Positions 52,447 to 61,425 of a stretch of 64,000 nt of DNA are shown one piece after another. Each line of letters opens with the position of its first letter. The stretch's first letter is position 1. The stretch is from a bacterium. Lineage in GTDB: Bacteria > Electryoneota > Electryoneia > Electryoneales > Electryoneaceae. Made by a program: the position numbers and the translations under genes. The notes below the pieces were generated by a model, which saw only the letters and a list, made by a program, of their open reading frames with translations, searched no databases and was not told where the DNA came from. Where the stretch lies: assembly GCA_963675295.2 (NCBI GenBank), contig CAXXKJ010000002.1, positions 2,496,001 to 2,560,000 of the forward strand. Direction: 5' to 3'.

Positions 52447-53265
52447 ATGCTTCGACCGTATCGACACGCACTGATTGTACTGCTCAGCCTGATGTTGGCT
52501 GGATCCGTTCCGGCCCAGGTGAGCGAAGACGTGAATGGGCATGGTACCATCGACTGGTCTGACCAGGTGGTACGTGCCACCGGGATCTCCGTGCAGGGTG
52601 GAGTCGGCGGACGTGCCGGCCAGATCCGTGCGGCGGAGCTGGATGCTCTGCGTCAGATTCTGGAGACGGTCAAAGGGATTCGCGTTAACAGCGAAACCAC
52701 GGTTGAAGAGTACATGCTGAGTTCGGACCGCATCCAGTCCCGGATTGAGGGTGTGGCGAAGAACTTTCAGCGTGCCGGCGATCCGGTTTACAAGCCGGAC
52801 GGTTCCATCGAGCTGACGGTCGAGATGAACATGGCCGGGCCGGGGCAGTTGTACGCCGAAGTGTTTACCAACGGCAGCTCGACGGCGGGATCTCTTTACG
52901 GGACCAGCACCTCGCTGGGCTCGGGCGTGTACACCGGACTGATTGTTGACGCGCGAGGCCTGGGCATTCGTCCCGCGCTGGCGCCGTCCATCCTCGACCA
53001 ACAGAACCAGGTCATCTACGGCGAACGGTATGTCGAGCGGCAATGGCTGGTGCAGCATGGCATGGTGGAATATGCCCGCGACCTCGCGACCGCGCGTGCC
53101 AACGATCGTGTCGGCTCCAACCCGCTGGTGATCAAGGCGGTGGACGCGAGCGGCGCGAACCGTACCGATGTCGTCGTGTCCAGTGAAAACGCCCGTCTCC
53201 TGCACGCCGTCGAAAAGCACCTCACCTTCCTGCATCAGGCACGTGTTGTCTTCATCGTGGACTAG
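52447..53265 (+). CDS. Secreted LPP20-like hypothetical protein
   Basis: Signal peptide; IDWS...VRATG, RAAELDALRQILETVKG, YTGLIVDARG, RVGSNPL. Confidence 0.7.
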   Translation: MLRPYRHALIVLLSLMLAGSVPAQVSEDVNGHGTIDWSDQVVRATGISVQGGVGGRAGQIRAAELDALRQILETVKGIRVNSETTVEEYMLSSDRIQSRIEGVAKNFQRAGDPVYKPDGSIELTVEMNMAGPGQLYAEVFTNGSSTAGSLYGTSTSLGSGVYTGLIVDARGLGIRPALAPSILDQQNQVIYGERYVERQWLVQHGMVEYARDLATARANDRVGSNPLVIKAVDASGANRTDVVVSSENARLLHAVEKHLTFLHQARVVFIVD

Positions 53266-53271
53266 GAGTTG

Positions 53272-54423
53272 ATGATGAACCGCTACAGAATCGCACTCGT
53301 ACTCCCTCTGCTCGTGTTGCTCGCCGCCTGCGGCCCGAAACCGGAACGCAGTGAGTCAGTGCTGGATAATCCGGAATATCACGTCAGCCAGGGCCTGAAA
53401 CACCTGCAGCAAGGCACGTTGGACCAGGCGGAAGCCGAATTCGCCCGCGCCAACGAGCTGGACCCGAAATTCGCCCATGCGTGGGCGGGGATCGCGCTGG
53501 TTCGTGCGCAACAGGGCCAGATTGACGAAGCCGAAGACCTCGCCAACGAAGCGGTCGATAAGTCGAAAAAAGACCCGTTTGTCTGGGCGGCACGTGGCCG
53601 TGTCTACAGCCTGATCACCGAGCCCGGCGACTACGACGGCGACATTGACGATCAGTTCGAAAAGGCTGTCGATCTCGACGCGGACTTCGACCTCGCGTGG
53701 TACTGGTGGGGCCTCGCGAAGAAGCGGGCGTGGGATTTTGATGATGCTGGCGCGAAGTTCGCCCAGGCGATTGCGTTGCGTGGCGAATGGATCGCCGAAG
53801 CAGACGCCGCCTACGCTGAGGTGCAGGACATCCTGCGCGCGGCACCGGCGAGCCGGATCGGAGTGAAAATCGCGCAGGTGGACACGTTGGATCGTGCGGA
53901 TCTGTCCGTCCTGTTCCTCGAGGAACTGAAGCTGGCGGAAGTGATGGAACGGACGATGGGGGTTACGGTCGACCCGAAGTACGTCCCGCCGAAAGACGCG
54001 AACCTGTTGCCGCCGGAGACGGAAGGGAAGGACATGAGCCTGGTTCCGCAGGATGTGCGCGGGCACTGGGCCGAGACTTGGATTCTGCAGGTGATCGATC
54101 TGGGCGTGATGGAGATTGCACCCGACCGCAAATTCTACCCGGATCAACCGGTCACCCGTGGCGAATTCGCCCTGTTCCTGCAGAACATCATGGCCAACGT
54201 GTTACACGACGAAACATTGCCGACGAAATACATCGGTGAGCCGACCCGGTTCAAGGATATGCGCAGCGGAACGGCGACCTACAACGCCGCGGCGTTGGCT
54301 GTGGATCGCGGGTTCATGGACGCCGACATCATGGGCCGGTTCCAGCCGGACGGGTATGTCACCGGGGCGGAGGCGTTACTAAGCATCCGCGCATTCCAGG
54401 ATCATCTGGAGTACGAATTCTGA
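53272..54423 (+). CDS. TPR lipoprotein with C-terminal S-layer-homology-like domains
   Basis: Lipobox LAAC, TPRs, DVRGHWA...FYPDQPVTRGEF, FKD...FQPDGYVTGAE. Confidence 0.8.
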   Translation: MMNRYRIALVLPLLVLLAACGPKPERSESVLDNPEYHVSQGLKHLQQGTLDQAEAEFARANELDPKFAHAWAGIALVRAQQGQIDEAEDLANEAVDKSKKDPFVWAARGRVYSLITEPGDYDGDIDDQFEKAVDLDADFDLAWYWWGLAKKRAWDFDDAGAKFAQAIALRGEWIAEADAAYAEVQDILRAAPASRIGVKIAQVDTLDRADLSVLFLEELKLAEVMERTMGVTVDPKYVPPKDANLLPPETEGKDMSLVPQDVRGHWAETWILQVIDLGVMEIAPDRKFYPDQPVTRGEFALFLQNIMANVLHDETLPTKYIGEPTRFKDMRSGTATYNAAALAVDRGFMDADIMGRFQPDGYVTGAEALLSIRAFQDHLEYEF

Positions 54424-54518
54424 CGCTGCTCGGTCTGATGTCGTTTAAGCAGGCACTCCAGTTAGGGTGGCGTTCGATGCTGGTGAGGACTCCGTGAACA
54501 ACCGCGAGAACTCGTCTC

Positions 54519-54547
54519 TTGACACGTTACCCGGGAATGCTTACCAT
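54519..54547 (+). promoter_or_regulatory. Sigma70 promoter of tRNA-fMet
   Basis: TTGACA-17 nt-TACCAT. Confidence 0.75.
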
Positions 54548-54560
54548 TGCAGTCACGCAT

Positions 54561-54637
<77 letters not shown>

Positions 54638-54646
54638 AGAAATAGA

Positions 54647-54680
54647 CGGGACTTCCAAGAGTTTGGGAGTCCCGTTTTTT
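54647..54680 (+). terminator. Terminator after tRNA-fMet
   Basis: acgggactt-loop-gagtcccgtttttt. Confidence 0.75.
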
Positions 54681-54776
54681 GTTGCCGATTTCCCCGTTCC
54701 AACCATTATTCCAACCTGCGAGGTTGAAATCGGGGCAATCGGAGCACGAATCGGTGCCGTAGTAATCGGACGGAAT

Positions 54777-54980
54777 TTACACCTTGGGATCTATACGTTT
54801 TCCGGCAATCCAATCTTCCACATCCTGAAGATCGTACCGAACGGCACGCCCGAATTTCAGGTAGGGCAATCCCCGATGCTCATGCCGGTGTTTCTGCAGA
54901 GTTTTTGTCGAAATACCTAGCATGGACGCAACTTCACGTTCGGTGATGAAGTTTCTTGGGGGTTTAACTGGCTTCATCAA
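54777..54980 (-). CDS. Excisionase/AlpA-like HTH protein
   Basis: ITEREVASMLGISTKTLQKHR...GLPYLKFGRAVRY; AAGGAG RBS. Confidence 0.88.
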   Translation of the reverse strand: MMKPVKPPRNFITEREVASMLGISTKTLQKHRHEHRGLPYLKFGRAVRYDLQDVEDWIAGKRIDPKV

Positions 54981-55032
54981 TGTTTATCTCCTTCAATGCT
55001 GGTTGACCCCCTGAAGTGAAAATGCGGTTCCC

Positions 55033-55296
55033 TTAACCAAGCGCATTGCGTAAGCAAGCCTCAAGCGCTTCTTTCGTGTCCCAGCGAACAACAGCTTCAC
55101 CGGTTTCTGTGTCGATGTAGGTGTTCGAACCGCACAGCACAACGCGCCCTCCCGCCGCTTTCTCCGCAGCTTGTTCATCGCCTCCATGTTTTTGCAGCAG
55201 TGCTTCCCACTCCGGCACGTTCATCAGAATCGGTCCCTGTGGGGATCTTGCTTGTTCCAGCAATTCAAGTCGTCTCCATTGGGACACTTTCATCAC
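55033..55296 (-). CDS. Hypothetical protein
   Basis: Start overlaps the upstream stop; RRLELLEQ motif typical of small phage-element genes. Confidence 0.55.
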   Translation of the reverse strand: MMKVSQWRRLELLEQARSPQGPILMNVPEWEALLQKHGGDEQAAEKAAGGRVVLCGSNTYIDTETGEAVVRWDTKEALEACLRNALG

Positions 55297-55772
55297 GTTT
55301 TCCCACCACGTTCAGCCTTTGCTTCCAGCGCAGCCAACCGTTCTTCAAACTGTTGCGCTTCCAGCGTTCGGCTAACGCCATCCAGCAACGTAGACATCGC
55401 TTGTGCTTCCAATGGCGCCAACAGCCCCGAGGCGACAGCTTCGATGACAGCAGATTTTGCAGCCAGCACATCGGCGGCTGTTTCAACCTTTGGCAGGTCA
55501 AACGAAACCGAGCGTTCTTTTCGTGGCGGCACAAGTCTTTCCAAGCATAGTCGCAACGCTGCAACGTCACCACGAAGCGCCATGTCTACGGCTTTTTGTG
55601 CAAGCTTCTGAGCTTGTCCATCAATCAGGTTTTCAGCGAGTATTGTCGCCCGGTGCTTCGAACCAACAGGACGGCCACCCGGATTGCCGCTTTGGCCGGG
55701 TTTCCATGCCGTCCTGGGTGGCTTCCGTTTCTGGGGTGTCTGTTGACCACCTGTATTAGCAGACTTCTTCAT
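55293..55772 (-). CDS. DUF5681-like protein (terminase-small-subunit-like N-terminus)
   Basis: WKPGQSGNPGGRPVGS; ALRGDVAALRLCLERL; EERLAALE. Confidence 0.8.
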   Translation of the reverse strand: MKKSANTGGQQTPQKRKPPRTAWKPGQSGNPGGRPVGSKHRATILAENLIDGQAQKLAQKAVDMALRGDVAALRLCLERLVPPRKERSVSFDLPKVETAADVLAAKSAVIEAVASGLLAPLEAQAMSTLLDGVSRTLEAQQFEERLAALEAKAERGGKT

Positions 55773-55979
55773 CGGTTCAATCCTTTACTTGTTCAACGCC
55801 TACTATCCCGTCCATCTGTCCGCTTCCGGGCTAAGTTGTACTCATATACGACGATAGCCTCGGACAGGCAGTTGTCCGCGCTTGTCCGTTTGTGCATCAC
55901 CACACGGACTGCCCGGGGGTGAAGCGATCTGCAGTTGCGGACAGGGACGGACACGAGGGTGTCCACACGTATCTCAAGA

Positions 55980-57815
55980 CTATGATTCATCATCACCCCG
56001 TTCTGGACAGCCGGACAGGGTATAAAGTCCCTTGCCAGCTTTTTCCACCGAGCCATCTTTGCACAACCGATCGAGCCGTTTGCGTGCCGCGTCTTTACCG
56101 ATATCCAGGTATTCCGCCACATCGGCGGATTTCACAGGTACGCCCAGATGACGAAGTGCATCGACAACTTCCTGCCGTTGTTCGGTCGCCGCCAGCTCAA
56201 ACGCCTTGCCGATAACCTTCCAGCCACCTTCCTCGATGCGATCCAGTGCGTAGGTGTTTTCCGCAACATCGCGGCCCGTGACGTGCAGCAGTGCGCCTTG
56301 TTCGCGTCTTGGATCACGGTTCAGGATGATGATGGTATCTGCTGCACCGGTGAGGCCGTACGTCCCGGAAGCGTCGGCAAAGGGATTGTTGTACGTCTGT
56401 TCTTTTCGGGTGTGATGTACGACGACGACTGCAATTCGTTTGTCAAGCGCAATTTTATGCAACCGCGCAAGCAGATCGGTCTCCACCTGGTAGGGGGTAT
56501 CCCTGCCGGTCTGCGGACCACGGATTCTACCAAGCACGTCAAGCACGACCAGTGTTGTCTCCGGGTGCGTGGACAAGTGGCGGAGGATTTCGTCCTCAGC
56601 ACCCGTTTCCCCGGCGTCACCCTTGATTTTGCCGGTTAACGGGGGAAGGTCGAGTCTGAAGTACAGGTTGGCGGGGGCAGGTGTACCGTCCGCAAGTACG
56701 GTGCGTATGCGTTCCTGCAGCCGACGCTTGCCATCTTCGAAAGCACCGTAGAATACGTGCCCGGGTTCAACTTCTTTCGATCCCAATGCCAATCCGTCTT
56801 TTGCAACAGCAACGGCAATATTCAGTGCGGTATAAGACTTGCCGATCTTCGGCGGCCCAGCAAGGATTGTCAGCCCCTCGGGCAGGATTTCAGGGATAAT
56901 CCATCGAAGCGGTGGAATCTCTTCTTTCATCAGTTCCTCGGCGGTGAAACCACGGTTTCTATCGTTTGGATCAGGGTGATCGCGCCATTCCGGCAGGTGT
57001 TCAGGGTCGAAGTCCAAAGCGCGATTCAGGATGTCGTCCAGCATCTCCGTGATCGCTTGCGGTTCGAGTCCATCACGTGCTCGGTCGTTAGCCCAGTCGG
57101 ATACATCGCCACCCTTGCCTTTGGACGAGTTGAACGGAGGCACAACTCTCACCCGCGCACCTGAATCGTGAAGCTGTTTCGCATGGGTCAGTTGTCGTTT
57201 CAGGCCGGTATCATCGTTATCACATAGGATTGTGACGTTCCTGCCCGCCAACGTCTCCAGGTGATCGTCCCTCAGTTCAGCGATCCCGCCATACGGTGAC
57301 GTGGTGGCAAGCTGAAATCCGAGGCTCTTCATCGTTTCCGCGTCGCGAGCGCCTTCGGTGATGAAGACTTCCGACTCCCGATCCTTTAGCAGCCAGGGAA
57401 GGCCGTAAAGGGGAGGAGTCTCTCCTTTGGGGAGCTTTCGATCCCATTTGTACTTGGCGTTGGGATTATTCACCCGTATCTGTCTTGCGAAAACCGAGTC
57501 ATCAACGCGATGGTAAATGAAAGTTGGTTGGTTCGCAGTCAGGGCTCCCGCACCGTTCAGTTTCGCCTCAGGCATCAGGTCGCGTCTGGACAATCCGAGT
57601 GCAGCAGCGATGCTGTCCTCGGAGCAGTCCTGCGAAAAACAGGTCAGGTGTACGCCACCGGCCTCGTTTTCGACAACGGAACAGGATGTCGGGTTGCTGC
57701 CACCATGCGCAGGGCATGGGAAACGGAAGCCGTTTTTCTGTGGAGTGACCTTCAGACCATTTGCTTCAACGGCTTGCCGGACCTTAGCAAGTGGGGAGTG
57801 TGGGGTGGGTGTCAT
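55980..57815 (-). CDS. Primase-helicase (Zn-finger, TOPRIM, RecA-type AAA_25, C-terminal HTH)
   Basis: CPAH...CFSQDC; ITEGARDA; DNDDTG; Walker A GPPKIGKS; VVLD; HHTRK. Confidence 0.88.
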   Translation of the reverse strand: MTPTPHSPLAKVRQAVEANGLKVTPQKNGFRFPCPAHGGSNPTSCSVVENEAGGVHLTCFSQDCSEDSIAAALGLSRRDLMPEAKLNGAGALTANQPTFIYHRVDDSVFARQIRVNNPNAKYKWDRKLPKGETPPLYGLPWLLKDRESEVFITEGARDAETMKSLGFQLATTSPYGGIAELRDDHLETLAGRNVTILCDNDDTGLKRQLTHAKQLHDSGARVRVVPPFNSSKGKGGDVSDWANDRARDGLEPQAITEMLDDILNRALDFDPEHLPEWRDHPDPNDRNRGFTAEELMKEEIPPLRWIIPEILPEGLTILAGPPKIGKSYTALNIAVAVAKDGLALGSKEVEPGHVFYGAFEDGKRRLQERIRTVLADGTPAPANLYFRLDLPPLTGKIKGDAGETGAEDEILRHLSTHPETTLVVLDVLGRIRGPQTGRDTPYQVETDLLARLHKIALDKRIAVVVVHHTRKEQTYNNPFADASGTYGLTGAADTIIILNRDPRREQGALLHVTGRDVAENTYALDRIEEGGWKVIGKAFELAATEQRQEVVDALRHLGVPVKSADVAEYLDIGKDAARKRLDRLCKDGSVEKAGKGLYTLSGCPERGDDES

Positions 57816-58114
57816 GCTGCCTCCGGGAGGGAATGGTGGTGGGATTGGCCATGGGTGCTGGCCAGGTAGAAGAACCGCAGGACACGGTTCATGATTGGGA
57901 TGGGGTGGAGTACAACCTTCAATTCACCGTGACGGTGCATGGATAGCAGCGCCTGCTGCACGATCTCGGTTGTGAATCCAGCATCACGGAGTTCATGCCA
58001 CAGGCAGGCTTCTCCGGTCAATCTGCGACGTCGCAGTTCATCGCGGATAGCCTGGACACAACGTCGGACTTGTTCGTGGTTCAGGTGATCTGACAAATAG
58101 ATCTGGGAAAGCAT
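57812..58114 (-). CDS. Hypothetical protein of the element
   Basis: ATGA overlap with the primase start and GGAGG RBS within its 3' end. Confidence 0.55.
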   Translation of the reverse strand: MLSQIYLSDHLNHEQVRRCVQAIRDELRRRRLTGEACLWHELRDAGFTTEIVQQALLSMHRHGELKVVLHPIPIMNRVLRFFYLASTHGQSHHHSLPEAA

Positions 58115-58904
58115 TCGAACGGACCTCGGCGACTACCCTGTCGGGTATGAAGCGTGCCGCTCACCTTGAACGGCATCACGTGCATCGCCTCGAGGTTCGA
58201 CCACCTTGCCTGCGATGCTATGTCGCTTCGCCTTGTTTTCCGTCCGAACTCGTCGGAAGGTGCTCCATCACGAATGTGTCATCCACGGGCCGAAGTGCCT
58301 ACCTGGAATGAATCCATCACGCAGCAGAGGTATGGTTAACGTGACTGAACAAATTTACAGCTCACCACATTGGGATGCAAGCACACGTGGTCGTGCTCGT
58401 CGCATCTCCTGGAGCCATATGGTGTTATCCATAAACAACCAGTGTGCCAATTTCCCATTTCCCATTGCATCACTATCCTTACCTTAATAAAAACAATGGA
58501 TAACAGTCTTCACATCCTGCGAACTGCAGAGAATTGAGATTTACCTCTAGATGTTTCAACGCTGCCAGAGGGGCTGAAGTGTTTACCAATACTGTCAGAA
58601 TGGCAGATGACCGTGTCTGTGGTGCGAAAATAGCGGGCTTCTTGTTGAGCGGAAAGCACGTCGAGAAAATCGGATTCCGAAGAGGGGACGCAAGGCTTCG
58701 TCCGGTTACGGCTCCGCCACACTATCGCGGCATAAGGAAAACGCTACCATCACAAACTTGGACTTCGATTTTAAACACGATACTTCGCGATAGAAGCCAC
58801 GCAGCATACCATTCAAGACACAAACGCCGTCAACGGGTATCCGAAGATACTCCTGACGGCGTTCTTAGAAATCAGCTATCCAGCCCTGACCAATCGCGAC
58901 AAAG

Positions 58905-59270
58905 TTACCTCACCAGCATCGCCTTCTGCACTTCGTCCTGCTTGCCCGAAACAGTGTCGCGGATAAAGTAGAGGCCGCTCGCCAGCGATGATCCGTCGAG
59001 TGTGAACTCGTATGCCCCAGCCGGGTGGCGCCTGATGCCAGCACAGTAATCCACTGCCCGGTCACGTTGTATGCGATCACTGTCAGTTCGGCTGGTTACG
59101 GCAGAGCGATGACTACCGTGTCAGAGAGATTGAACGGGTTCGGGTAAGCAGGGGAGAGTGACCAACTGGCAGGAAGATCTTCAAGTCTGCGTTCTGTCAC
59201 ACCGACATTATGGTGGAAGTAGAACGCGCCGATGTCTGTGATGGTATCGTCAGGACCGAACGGACTTTTC
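58905..59270 (-). pseudogene. Decayed 3' fragment of a T9SS-sorting-domain gene
   Basis: DIGAFYF...AYPNPFN...IALP* (in-frame stop), PAELTVIAYNVTGQ, frameshift, then YEFTLDGSSLASGLYFIR...KAMLVR*. Confidence 0.8.
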
Positions 59271-59456
59271 CGGATCACCATCGTCATTCGACATTGTCTC
59301 GGAGGCAAATCTCAAGAAATAATTTGCTTTTACGGAAACCGCTGCGTACACTGTCATATGACTAAGTCGTTTGATGTTGTCATACGACATAGTCGTACGA
59401 CAGGTCTTCAAAACCGTTAATCCCAGTCACACCTTCAAAAACGGGAGTTTGGGACA

Positions 59457-60275
59457 ATGATTTCTTCTGCAGGAAAGCCCGATTCGAAGGATGGACGTAT
59501 GCCGGTTCAAGATAGTTCTGAGTTGGAAACGCCATTTCAGAGGCCTGCACAGGTGACGAAACCGCATGATCCCTCGACACCTGCCGGGAAGATCTTCTTC
59601 GAAGCGACCCGATTGTTCGCGAAACACGGGTTCAAAGGGGCGAGCACAAGGGCGATTGCCAAAGCGGCCGGTGTAAAACAGGTGATGATCCATTACTACT
59701 TCGGCTCAAAAGAACAGCTGTACGAAGCGGTCTTGAAACACGAAGGCACGACCATGCTGGCGGTCATCTTCGGGGAAAATCCAGAAAAAAAGTCGCCCGA
59801 GGAAATGCTGGTCGACTCTCCGCTCCGTCTGATGACGGTGCTACACGACAATCCGCAATGGGCCTCTCTGTTGAGACGTGAGATTGCGGAAGGTGCTGCC
59901 CACTTGAGGAATGCATTGCGAGACGTTGCAGAACACGGTCCACTTGGTGCCAATCTGCATTTTCACAATGCCTATCAGTTGGCTGTCAAAGAGGGAAAGG
60001 CTGTTGAATTACCGATTGAAGCGGTACGTGAATGCTTGCTGGCTATCGGCTACAGCGCGATTTACCTGGCACCCCTGGTTTCGATGATCAATGAGCGCGA
60101 TATCCATGACGAAACCGTGTGGGATGAGTGGAAACTGACCCTGGGTACGATTCTGAGGCGTGGACTGTTGATTTCCCCTTCGCCATCGCAAGAGGAGGGG
60201 GATAAACTCGACTCGCGAATAGATGGTGCAATTGGTATAGAAACTCCAAGCGTCGATGGCAGATTGAATAAATGA
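59457..60275 (+). CDS. TetR/AcrR-family regulator
   Basis: ATRLFAKHGFKGASTRAIAKAAGVKQVMIHYYFGSKEQLY. Confidence 0.92.
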   Translation: MISSAGKPDSKDGRMPVQDSSELETPFQRPAQVTKPHDPSTPAGKIFFEATRLFAKHGFKGASTRAIAKAAGVKQVMIHYYFGSKEQLYEAVLKHEGTTMLAVIFGENPEKKSPEEMLVDSPLRLMTVLHDNPQWASLLRREIAEGAAHLRNALRDVAEHGPLGANLHFHNAYQLAVKEGKAVELPIEAVRECLLAIGYSAIYLAPLVSMINERDIHDETVWDEWKLTLGTILRRGLLISPSPSQEEGDKLDSRIDGAIGIETPSVDGRLNK

Positions 60276-60344
60276 CATTTGACGCTGGATGAGATAGATG
60301 TGATAAACGAATTGAATCTGATCCCGCTAAAAGGAGATAGTAGC

Positions 60345-60458
60345 ATGATCGAGAAATTTGGTTTGTATCCGCTTCTGTCAGGTGCCGTTGCGTTGCTGGG
60401 ACTGTTGCTGTTCGGAACGTGGCTTCTTATGCGTCGTACTGTACTTCATCATGAATAG
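60345..60458 (+). CDS. Small 37-aa single-TM protein (not in the ORF track)
   Basis: AAGGAG RBS; MIEKFGLYPLLSGAVALLGLLLFGTWLLMRRTVLHHE. Confidence 0.5.
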   Translation: MIEKFGLYPLLSGAVALLGLLLFGTWLLMRRTVLHHE

Positions 60459-60482
60459 GCCGTAGAAGCAGAAGGAGGTTGT

Positions 60483-61172
60483 ATGAAAGCACTAGTGTAT
60501 CGTGGAAAGGGTACATACGCCTGGGAAGATAAACCAAATCCCCCTTTGATAACCGATACGGATGCGGTTATCGCAGTAAAACTGGCAAAGATATTCAGAA
60601 CAAACCCGTCCATATGGGTCGGCGAACACGGTCATGTTAGCGACGGTTTGATTTTAGGAAATGAGGGAGTGGGTGTGGTGCTGGAAATCGGATCCAATGT
60701 TGAAGGCTTCCAGGCTGGCGATGCGGTATACATCTCAGGCACCATTGGATGCGGGAATTGTGGAGCATGCCGAAGCAAGATCTATTCGCGTTGCACTGAC
60801 GGAGAATGGGTTTTCGGAAGCCTGATTGATGGAACACAAGCTGAGTATGTGCGGGTTCCCCAGGCCGACCTGTGTCTGCGCCACATCCCGAAAAAGGCCG
60901 ATGAGGTTGCCACGGTCATGCGTTCGCAAGTATTGCCTGCATGGCTGCGAGACGGGTTTTTTGATATCAACGACAAACTCGGAGATGCAATTGTTATCAC
61001 GAATTGCACACCAAAGGAGCTTGTAGTCGAGAATTGCCAAATCATAGAACATGTTGGAGGATATTATCACCTGTGGGAAGGTGAAAAACATATATACTAT
61101 GGAAAAACCTATGAGAATGACACTACCAACCATATAACGATAGATACATTCCAAAATATAATTGCAGCATAA
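60483..61172 (+). CDS. Degenerate, truncated Zn-dependent alcohol dehydrogenase-like protein
   Basis: MKALVYRG, structural Zn CGNCGACR...C, DGTQAEYVRVPQAD; catalytic ligands and Rossmann domain missing. Confidence 0.7.
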   Translation: MKALVYRGKGTYAWEDKPNPPLITDTDAVIAVKLAKIFRTNPSIWVGEHGHVSDGLILGNEGVGVVLEIGSNVEGFQAGDAVYISGTIGCGNCGACRSKIYSRCTDGEWVFGSLIDGTQAEYVRVPQADLCLRHIPKKADEVATVMRSQVLPAWLRDGFFDINDKLGDAIVITNCTPKELVVENCQIIEHVGGYYHLWEGEKHIYYGKTYENDTTNHITIDTFQNIIAA

Positions 61173-61425
61173 GAAAAATAGTATCTGCTAATTTATATAG
61201 ATGGTTGATAATAATAAAATTAAAAGAGTGTATTAAAAGTGATTACGTGAAAAGAAAAGCGCATATGCCGTGCATTGTAGCCTCTTTCAAGAATGAGGAG
61301 TCGCTACATTCTTTACCATCAATCTTTATTCTCGCCAACATTCATAATCCGCGAGATAACGGTATTGCAAAGGAGTGTGCGCGCCAGTAATACAGCACAG
61401 CGCACTCAACGTATTGGAGATTAGG

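Larger units (their letters stand above)
54690..58200 (-). mobile_element. tRNA-adjacent phage-satellite-like / integrative element remnant; no integrase visible
   Basis: Co-oriented xis-like HTH, DUF5681-like and primase-helicase genes directly after the tRNA; boundaries approximate. Confidence 0.7.

Noticed and set aside
58115-58900. Short ORFs, a possible integrase or attR in the island gap
   Set aside because: No integrase motifs and no copy of the tRNA 3' end found; the ORFs look spurious.
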